From contig JBBRSP010000036.1 in assembly GCA_038245295.1 (NCBI GenBank), positions 1 to 56,511 of the forward strand: 56,511 bases of DNA, written 5' to 3'. The DNA is from Candidatus Binatia bacterium (GTDB taxonomy: Bacteria > Desulfobacterota > Binatia > HRBIN30). Below the pieces are notes generated by a model that was not told where the DNA came from, did no database searches, and saw only the letters and a list, made by a program, of their open reading frames with translations. Positions 49,788-56,511 of the stretch are shown here, piece after piece. Position 1 is the stretch's first letter. Each line of letters begins with the position of its first letter. The position numbers were made by a program, and so were the translations under genes.

Positions 49788-49890
49788 GTGGCCTCGCGAG
49801 GTGGATCCCCATCGCGGAGCGCGCCCCTCCGTGGCGCCCTCCGATTCGAGACCGTCGGCAGGCGGGGATCCCAAATTGAAACACTACCCC
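49781..49890. mobile_element. Putative MITE/structured palindromic repeat, copy 2
   Basis: ggggtgagtg ... cactacccc ends; core GGTGGATCCC..ATCGCGGAG..CTCCGAT..GAGACC.TCGGC.GGCG.GGATCCCAAA.TGA..CACTACC shared with 10550-10625. Confidence 0.65.
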
Positions 49891-49940
49891 TCGCCGCCAA
49901 CTGTTGACTGGCACGCCGATTCGTTGGAGCTACGCAGAGC

Positions 49941-50723
49941 GTGAGAGAAGTCTTCGACATGTGGCGCAACACGCGCATGGTGGTCTTGGCCGCCGTCAGT
50001 GCGTCGTTGTACGCCGCGATTCTGATTCCCTTCAAGGTCTTGCCGATCATCCCGGGCGTTACGGAGTTTCGCCCGGCCAATGCCGTGCCGGTTGTGTGCT
50101 CGTTCCTGTTCGGCCCCGCCGGTGCGTGGGGCGCGGCGCTCGGCAATGTGATCGGTGATTTCTTTGGCGGTATCGGCCCGGGCGACCTGTTCGGTTTCGT
50201 CGGAAACTTTCTCTATGGCCTGATTCCATACAAGGTGTGGGAAGCCATCTCGAGCCGCGATCCGGTGCCGGATTCGCCGCTGCAATGGATCAAGCTCTGC
50301 GGCGTGATCATTCTGTCGAGCGCGGTGTGCTCCCTGACGATCAGCTGGGGCATCCACAGCATGGGCTTCGTGCCGTTTCCGGTGCTCAGCAGCGTGATCC
50401 TCATCAACAACGGTGTTGTCGCCTGTGTTCTCGTGCCATTCCTCCTGCGCGTCATCTATCCGCGTGTTGCTGCCGGTCGTCTGTTGTATCGATCCATCAT
50501 CGGCCCGCGTGCCAGACGCCCGCGCGGCGTTCGCATGCTTGGTGTCGTGCTGGTCGTTGTGGCTACCGTCGGCGGCTTGGTTCTCGGCAACGCCATCGCC
50601 TCGGGCAGCGTCGTGCTACCGTGTTTTCCCCTCCTGGAGGGCGGCCAACCGTCGCGACTGGCGGTCGGTGTCGGCCTCGTTCCGCTGTTTACGCTCCTCG
50701 GAATTGGGATTGCCCTGCTTTGA
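49941..50723 (+). CDS. ECF transporter S component (QueT-like)
   Basis: LYAAIL, E.RPANA.P...SFLFGPAG, GNVIGD; adjacent A and T components. Confidence 0.8.
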   Translation: MREVFDMWRNTRMVVLAAVSASLYAAILIPFKVLPIIPGVTEFRPANAVPVVCSFLFGPAGAWGAALGNVIGDFFGGIGPGDLFGFVGNFLYGLIPYKVWEAISSRDPVPDSPLQWIKLCGVIILSSAVCSLTISWGIHSMGFVPFPVLSSVILINNGVVACVLVPFLLRVIYPRVAAGRLLYRSIIGPRARRPRGVRMLGVVLVVVATVGGLVLGNAIASGSVVLPCFPLLEGGQPSRLAVGVGLVPLFTLLGIGIALL

Positions 50724-52387
50724 AACGCCACGCGGACGAAGCCTGCGGTCTGCAAGACGTCAGCTTCACCTACGAGGGTGCTGACAAGCCCGCGTTGTGC
50801 GAAGTTTCGCTGTCGCTCAAACGCGGCGAGATGGTGGCGGTCATGGGCGCAACCGGAGCGGGCAAGTCGACCTTGGCCAAGTGCCTGACGCGCATCGTGC
50901 CTCAGTTTCACAGCGGCACACTAGCGGGCGAAGTGTGGATCGGTGGACGGCGCTTGCAGACCGAGACGGTCAGCGATCTGGCCGGGACCGTTGGCCTGGT
51001 GTCGCAAGATTTCGAGGCGCAGCTGTTCGCCACCAATGTCGCGCAAGAAGTAGCCTTCGGCATGGAGCAGCTCGGTGTACCGCGCCAGGAGATGGGTCCC
51101 CGATTGGCGGAATCGCTCGAGCTCGTCGGGCTCAAGGGCTTCGAAGGTCGCGATCCGACTACCTTGTCGGGAGGCGAAAAACAGCGACTGGCGATTGCGG
51201 CGACGCTCGTATTGCAACCGCAAATTCTCATCTTCGATGAGCCGACGACCGACCTCGACCCGCTCGGCAAGCTGGAAATCTTCGCCGTGCTTCGCAAGAT
51301 GCGTGATCGCGGCACGACGCTCCTGGTCATCGAGCACGAGACGACCGCGGCGGAGTATGCCGACCGACTGGTGATCATGGCGGGCGGCCGAATCGTTGCC
51401 GAGGCCGGGGCGAAAACGTTGCTGCGCGACGCGGCGTTCCTCGATGCACACGGGGTGCGGCCACCAGACCTGAGCCGCATCAGCGTCGCCTTGGGATGGA
51501 AAGACCCTCCATCAGGGTTCGACGAATTCGCCACCAAGTTGCGGTCACGTGTCGACGTGCCGACGGCGGCAACGCAGAGCCCGGCCGCCGCTGCGGCTAC
51601 GATCGTCGAGATCGACGCCGTCAGCTTCGACTACGAAACCGGCAAGCGCGCCCTGACCGACATCAGTCTGAACGTTGCCGCCGGAGAGTTCGTCGCTCTC
51701 ATCGGGCAAAATGGATCGGGCAAGACCACCCTGGCGAAACACATGAACGGTCTGTTGCAACCGACGCAAGGACGGGTTCGCCTGCGCGGCCGCGATCTTG
51801 TCGGTCTGCGGCTCAATCAAATCGCGGCGCAGGTCGGCTATGTCTTTCAGAATCCGGATCATCAGATCTTCGAGGCGACGGTGTTTGACGAAGTGGCGTT
51901 CGCACCGCGCAACCTGCGCCTGGTAAAGGAAGAAATCGGTCGACGCGTCGCCATGTCGCTCGAGGCCGTCGGCCTCACCGGCATGGAGGCCAAGGATCCG
52001 TTTCTGCTTGGCAAGGGACAACGCGAGCGGCTCGCCGTGGCGTCGTTGCTGGCGTTGCAGCCGGCGCTGTTGATTCTGGATGAGCCGACAACCGGCCTCG
52101 ATTATCACGAGCAGCGCCACATGATGCAGCTCATCGGGCAGCTGCACCGCCAAGGCATGGCGATTGTCATGATTACGCACAGTCCCTGGGTGGTTGCCGA
52201 GTATGCAGCGCGCGGCATCCTGATGCGTGGCGGCCGGGTTGTGTTCGATGGCTCGTTGCGCACCCTGTTCGCCCAAGAGGCACTTCTGGAAGGGGCTCAC
52301 TTCCGGGTTCCCGACGCGACCCGCCTCGGCAATCGTCTCGGCTTTACGCCGTTGTCGGTGGATGAGCTCCTGGCTCAGGTGCGATGA
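50720..52387 (+). CDS. ECF transporter duplicated ATPase
   Basis: Two Walker A motifs (GATGAGKST, GQNGSGKTT), LSGGEKQR, DEPT twice; TTG start overlapping the upstream stop. Confidence 0.92.
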   Translation: MKRHADEACGLQDVSFTYEGADKPALCEVSLSLKRGEMVAVMGATGAGKSTLAKCLTRIVPQFHSGTLAGEVWIGGRRLQTETVSDLAGTVGLVSQDFEAQLFATNVAQEVAFGMEQLGVPRQEMGPRLAESLELVGLKGFEGRDPTTLSGGEKQRLAIAATLVLQPQILIFDEPTTDLDPLGKLEIFAVLRKMRDRGTTLLVIEHETTAAEYADRLVIMAGGRIVAEAGAKTLLRDAAFLDAHGVRPPDLSRISVALGWKDPPSGFDEFATKLRSRVDVPTAATQSPAAAAATIVEIDAVSFDYETGKRALTDISLNVAAGEFVALIGQNGSGKTTLAKHMNGLLQPTQGRVRLRGRDLVGLRLNQIAAQVGYVFQNPDHQIFEATVFDEVAFAPRNLRLVKEEIGRRVAMSLEAVGLTGMEAKDPFLLGKGQRERLAVASLLALQPALLILDEPTTGLDYHEQRHMMQLIGQLHRQGMAIVMITHSPWVVAEYAARGILMRGGRVVFDGSLRTLFAQEALLEGAHFRVPDATRLGNRLGFTPLSVDELLAQVR

Positions 52388-52390
52388 CGC

Positions 52391-53173
52391 ATGCGGGTCT
52401 TTCTGTACATAGAACGCGTCAGTCGCCTGCACTCGTTGCATCCGGTCGTCAAGCTGATCGGCATGATCATCCTGTTTGCCGCCGCCTTCGCCTGTGAGCG
52501 GCCGCTTGCCGTCGTGCCGCTCCTGGCGGGTGTGGCCGTCGGCCTGACGGTGGCGCAGGCCTGGGGCAATATCTACCGACTGCGGCTGCTGTTCGTGATG
52601 ATCTTCGTCATGACGCTGATCATCTGGACCCTATTCTTCCGCGGCGGTGTGCCGCTCGTATCGTGGTGGCGCATCCAGATCAGCTTGGCGGGGATGAGTT
52701 TCGCCTTGGCCATGGCGTGCAAGCTGGTGACCTTCCTCGCCGTCGGAACGTTGTTCCTTTCGACGACGACGATCGAAGAGTTTGCCTATGCGCTCACCCG
52801 CTTCGGCTTTCCCTATCGGCTAGGGTTCACGATGACGTTGGCGTTCCGGCTCGTCCCGGTGTTCGTCGACGCGGCGACGACGGTGGTGCAGGCGCAACGC
52901 TGCCGCGGTTTCAACTTCGACGAAGGCAGTCTGGTGCAGCGAATGCGGCGCTATGTGCCGGTGCTGGTACCCGTGTTCATGATCGCTCTGCGGCGCGCCG
53001 ACGGCATGGCCATGGCCCTCGAGATGCGCGGCTTTCAGAGCGGCCGCGAGCGGACCGTAATGGTCGAGCGACGCATCAGGCTGGCTGACAGCTTGGTGAT
53101 CCTGCTGCTGATGGCGGTGGGTTATTTCTACTTCAGTCTTTGGATGGGCGGGATGTTGAGTGCGGCGAGGTAG
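52391..53173 (+). CDS. ECF transporter T component
   Basis: LHPVVKL, AQRCRG and ALEMRGF coupling motifs. Confidence 0.92.
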   Translation: MRVFLYIERVSRLHSLHPVVKLIGMIILFAAAFACERPLAVVPLLAGVAVGLTVAQAWGNIYRLRLLFVMIFVMTLIIWTLFFRGGVPLVSWWRIQISLAGMSFALAMACKLVTFLAVGTLFLSTTTIEEFAYALTRFGFPYRLGFTMTLAFRLVPVFVDAATTVVQAQRCRGFNFDEGSLVQRMRRYVPVLVPVFMIALRRADGMAMALEMRGFQSGRERTVMVERRIRLADSLVILLLMAVGYFYFSLWMGGMLSAAR

Positions 53174-53190
53174 AGGGATTCGGACGGACA

Positions 53191-53272
53191 GGCGGTTGGC
53201 GGTTGAGCGGTTAGGCGGTAGGAGTCGAATTTACCCAACCGCGTAACCGCCTAACCGCGTAACCGCCTAGCC
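53191..53272. repeat. Inverted arrays of about 8-bp GCGGTTAG-type repeats between convergent genes
   Basis: ggcggtt ggcggttg agcggtta ggcggta ... caaccgcg taaccgcc taaccgcg taaccgcc. Confidence 0.8.
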
Positions 53273-53281
53273 CAGGTGTTT

Positions 53282-53632
53282 CTACGCAAATCCCCACTTC
53301 TTCTTGTTGGCTTCGATCTCTTCCGAGGTCGGCTTCGGCTTCTGCTCGTGTTTCTTGACGACGAAGTCGTCCGTCTGTTCCATCATCTTGTAGTTGAGCG
53401 GGGTGTCATCGGCGAAGACGGCCGGCACCGCCGCCTCTTCGAAGATGGCTTGCCACGGACACTCCGGTTCACAGGCACCGCAATCGATGCACTCATCGGG
53501 ATGGATATAGAGCTGGTTCGGGAAGGTCGCGGCATCCGAGCCGGTATACGCGTAGATGCAATCGACGGGGCAAACCGCAACGCAAGCGGTGTCTACGCAA
53601 TCGCGGCACAAACGAGTGATGATGTAAGCCAT
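53282..53632 (-). CDS. fdxA: Ferredoxin (7Fe FdxA-like)
   Basis: [34 protein letters not shown]. Confidence 0.92.
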   Translation of the reverse strand: MAYIITRLCRDCVDTACVAVCPVDCIYAYTGSDAATFPNQLYIHPDECIDCGACEPECPWQAIFEEAAVPAVFADDTPLNYKMMEQTDDFVVKKHEQKPKPTSEEIEANKKKWGFA

Positions 53633-53719
53633 GGCTTCTCCTTACAAAATATCGGTCTAGCTAGTCGAATCCCAAGCTCGGCGCGACCCTTCACGGCCGC
53701 TTCTTTACGCCCGTACCTC

Positions 53720-53800
53720 CGTCATACCGGCGAAAGCCGGTATCTCCCGAGCATTTGTGGCCTTCCACTCGAGGAGATCCCGGTTTTCACCGGGATGACG
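53720..53800. repeat. REP doublet of the GTCAT..GAAA..GATC type
   Basis: cgtcataccggcgaaagccggtatctc ... gagatcccggttttcaccgggatgacg, an inverted pair of hairpins. Confidence 0.8.
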
Positions 53801-53863
53801 TTGCTTCATTTCAGTTTATCGACAGTCTCTTCGCGGAAGGCCCGAGCCCAACTGCGCCGTGGC

Positions 53864-53893
53864 TTATTAGACTTCCCGTTTTGGCTATGTCAA
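53864..53893 (-). promoter_or_regulatory. Possible sigma70 promoter for the ferredoxin gene
   Basis: Perfect TTGACA, then TCTAAT or TAATAA at 16-18 bp spacing. Confidence 0.45.
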
Positions 53894-53951
53894 CGCGGTG
53901 CAGCACGCTGCTCGCTTCATCTTCGCATAAGCGAAGAAGCCGCCGCAGGCG

Positions 53952-53974
53952 GTAGGCGCAGGCTTCAGCCTGCG
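53952..53974. repeat. REP element (GTAG family) overlapping the folP stop codon
   Basis: gtaggcgcaggcttcagcctgcg; the folP TGA lies at 53965-53967. Confidence 0.85.
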
Positions 53975-54849
53975 GCGGTATCCCGATGCTCGGCGCGGAT
54001 TGCTTCGGCGATCCTCACCGCATCACGCGTCGTCGCCACGTCGTGTGTCCGCACCAGAGCCGCGCCGTTGAGCACGGCGATCGCCGTCGCCGCCAGGGAT
54101 GCCGGCAGACGCGCCTCGACGGTCGCCGCGTCGGCGAGTTTACCGAGGAACGACTTGCGCGACACGCCGACCAACAATGGATGTCCCAGCGTCTGCAGAC
54201 GCTGCAATTGAGCCAGCACGGCGCAGTCGAAACGCTGCCAGGGCAGGGCGGCCTGGCGGAAAAAGCCGATGCCGGGATCGAGGACGATTCGCCGCTGGGG
54301 TACACGCGCCGCCGCGGCGCGGCGCAGGGCAGCACGCAGGAGGCGCTCGACCTCGCGAATCGGAGTGAGGGTCGATGGTCGCGTCTCGCGCGCCATGAGG
54401 ATTACGCCACCGGCGTGCCGCGCCAATGGCGCCATCGCCGGATCATCGGCGAGGCCGCTGACATCGTTGATGATCGACGCCCCGGCGGCCAGCGCCGCTT
54501 CGGCGACGCTGGCGCGTTGGGTATCAACGGAGAGTGGGACGGCGACGCCGCGAGCCAGGGCGCGGACGGCGCCGACCAGGCGGCGCCGCTCCTCGTCTTC
54601 GGGAATCCACCCGCGATTGTAGGGCGCCGTCGACATCGCGCCGATGTCGAGGATGACGGCTCCGTCCGCAACCATTTGCCGGGCCGTGGCGCGCAGCTGG
54701 CGCGCCGAGGTCGCCACGGAGCCCGGATAGAAGGACTCGGGGCTGACGTTGATGACGCCGACGATGGCCACCGGCTGGCGGCCGCCGACGCGGACACTAG
54801 CCAGGTTGGCCGACGGGCGCCGGGTTGTTTTTGCTGTTCTCTTTTTCAC
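53965..54849 (-). CDS. folP: Dihydropteroate synthase
   Basis: GVINVSPESF, DIGAMSTAP, SVDT, INDVSG, LDPGIGF, GVSRKSF, VRTHDV. Confidence 0.93.
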   Translation of the reverse strand: MKKRTAKTTRRPSANLASVRVGGRQPVAIVGVINVSPESFYPGSVATSARQLRATARQMVADGAVILDIGAMSTAPYNRGWIPEDEERRRLVGAVRALARGVAVPLSVDTQRASVAEAALAAGASIINDVSGLADDPAMAPLARHAGGVILMARETRPSTLTPIREVERLLRAALRRAAAARVPQRRIVLDPGIGFFRQAALPWQRFDCAVLAQLQRLQTLGHPLLVGVSRKSFLGKLADAATVEARLPASLAATAIAVLNGAALVRTHDVATTRDAVRIAEAIRAEHRDTAAG

Positions 54850-55132
54850 TTATATTGGATTTGAGTAGGCCCGAGAGTGAAGAACTCGACTCATTCGGGC
54901 GGACAAATGTCTACAACCAACCCCGGCCCAGGAATCCCCACTGAATCACGCAGCGTGGCGAAGATGCCATAGAGGCTCTCTTCATCGGCGGCGACTCGGT
55001 ATCGATGCTGTCCGTGAGAGGATCGAAAAGTGTCGCTGCGTCCGGGTCTCCCAGATAAAGACTGGGTATCCGTGGAAGCTCCGGTTGATCCTCTCACGCG
55101 ATTTCCTCATCAACATGACCAAAGGACCTTGG

Positions 55133-55900
55133 TCAAAGTCCCCCCCTCACCGCACGTACATGATAACTTATCACGGATTGATTCACGATAGCCTCCGTGC
55201 CGGCCTGGAACGGCGCCACGAACCATACCCCACTCGTAGCGATAGGCGTGGCGGTCCAGTAGGAGTGATATTCGGACGGAAGAAGGGCGTCTTCGACGCA
55301 AGGTGTCGAAGGGCAGATGCACCGGGGTCCCTCTGCTGACCCGGTGCAAGGAAAGTCCAGCAAGATCGTCTGTAGCTCGGCCAACGTCGGGAGGCGCCAG
55401 CCGTTCGCGCCACCAAAGCCGTCGTTATTGAGGTTTCGCAGGAGATCGGTAAATACTGTGCCATTCTCCCCGTATGGAGCGCCAGTGCTCCAGGTGTAAA
55501 CATTGTCCGCATCGTGTCGATCAGCAGGATTCGCCGTCATGTCGAGGTTAGTCTTTTGCTCCCAAACCAATCCTGTCAGATTATCGCTGACCGTCTCATC
55601 GACGTTGTCGACAAAGCGCGCGCCAACACATCTGCTACCAGCGAGTGGCACCTTCAACTGATACTTCGGCCACGGCTTAAGATACTTATGGCGACATTTG
55701 GCAAACGCCGCCAATGAATCAGATGTGTTCGCCAATCCAAGTTTATATCTACGGGCCGCGGCAGCCTCAACACATCCGCTGTACCTCTTCCAAGCCAGGG
55801 CACGGGTCCAGTCGCAGAGAGTTTGGGGCGTTGGTTCTGCGACTACCGCAGTAGCCCAAAAGGTCGCAGCGAGTATTCCGACCAGAGTTGCCGGCCTCAT
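55133..55900 (-). CDS. Secreted DUF1566 (Lcl C-terminal, CLec-fold) protein
   Basis: Signal peptide from ATG 55900; RFVDN..TVSDNLTGLVWEQ, WRLPTLAEL, YWTAT, VRAVRGG. Confidence 0.9.
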   Translation of the reverse strand: MRPATLVGILAATFWATAVVAEPTPQTLCDWTRALAWKRYSGCVEAAAARRYKLGLANTSDSLAAFAKCRHKYLKPWPKYQLKVPLAGSRCVGARFVDNVDETVSDNLTGLVWEQKTNLDMTANPADRHDADNVYTWSTGAPYGENGTVFTDLLRNLNNDGFGGANGWRLPTLAELQTILLDFPCTGSAEGPRCICPSTPCVEDALLPSEYHSYWTATPIATSGVWFVAPFQAGTEAIVNQSVISYHVRAVRGGL

Positions 55901-56083
55901 TGTTCGGTTCCTTCCTCTCAGTCCTAAAGACTCGGAGGCGATGCAAGACGTTGAAGGGGGAGCGTGGCACAACGCTAACCGGACATCCACCCAAATCGCG
56001 CGCGTGCGGCCAGCTCGAACCACGGACGAGGGGGACGCCTTGGGAAGCAGAGGATACCGCCTTGGGCGCCCGCCTTGGGAAAG

Positions 56084-56380
56084 CGCCTTGAATGACACCC
56101 ATCATTTGTCGCCCGAGGCGATCGAATGGTGCACATCGGCGCAACACGGCAGCCATCTGAGTGAGTCGGGAGGTATGCTCACACTGCGCCTTGGGCGCCT
56201 TGGGAGACACCCATCACTTGCCGCCCGAGGCGACCGAATGGTGCACATCGGCGCAACACGGCAGTCATCTGAGTGGGCGCCTTGGGAGACACCCATCACT
56301 TGCCGCCCGAGGCGACCGAATGGTGCACATCGGCGCATCACGGCAGTCATCTGAGTGAGTCATAAGGTGGGCTCACACTG
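56084..56380. repeat. Array of three structured repeats of about 80 bp, with two copies of a hairpin tail
   Basis: Units start at 56084, 56196 and 56278 (periods 112 and 82); the GTGAG..CTCACACTG tail follows units 1 and 3. Confidence 0.92.
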
Positions 56381-56511
56381 AGTACATCCAGACTTCCTCC
56401 GGCGTGGTGTTGCACCGCAATCGGGTCGCTCATCCGGCGGCATCCTCATTGCAATCTGGCGATTGACCAAGCTGCGATCTCGTTTCGAATTGTTGTCGGG
56501 TGCACGATGCC

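Noticed and set aside
49890..49940. preQ1 riboswitch upstream of the QueT-like gene
   Set aside because: No short stem with an A-rich 3' tail; the substrate assignment therefore remains unconfirmed.
44385..52387. Long N-terminal extensions in track ORFs (44385-46238, 50237-52387; also 7919-9160, 17760-18800, 25433-26839)
   Set aside because: The extensions overlap neighbouring real genes and read as Arg/Pro-rich off-frame sequence; downstream starts fit better.
53210..53255. attC site from GTTAGGC and GCCTAAC cores
   Set aside because: The cores are in the wrong order for attC on either strand, lie in a short-repeat array, and flank housekeeping genes.
55013..55098. Retron msr-msd bounded by a1/a2 repeats
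   Set aside because: The enclosed region is short and no reverse transcriptase is adjacent.
56084..56380. CRISPR array
   Set aside because: Units are about 80 bp with no unique spacers, and no cas genes are present.

Overview
High-GC bacterial chromosomal region. The secreted dockerin-like, Cys-rich and DUF1566 proteins, plus many acyl-CoA and F420 enzymes, suggest a Binatota/deltaproteobacterium-like organism; this is inference only. The left end carries an integron integrase (intI) that the ORF track missed because it runs off the window edge; no attC cassette array is visible upstream of it. The body of the window holds: acyl-CoA catabolism genes; two giant secreted proteins (a beta-helix protein with an internal dockerin-like motif, and a protein with about 17 tandem disintegrin-like repeats); sulfur assimilation genes (Fe-S APS reductase, cysC); pepF; a proA-nadD-rsfS-lapAB-like operon; a TetR/diiron/FAD-oxidoreductase operon with clear operators; a GAF sigma54 activator next to a sigma54 promoter that precedes two tiny membrane proteins; tRNA-Asn; an anion/NO stress cluster (ChrA, CLC-CBS, MarR, qNOR, MFS, CLC-F); a QueT-type ECF transporter; ferredoxin; folP; and a DUF1566 gene preceded by a structured 82-bp repeat array. 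Intergenic DNA holds several distinct palindromic repeat families (REP-like and MITE-like). I found no CRISPR array, reverse transcriptase or transposase. All calls come from reading motifs by eye; no searches were run.
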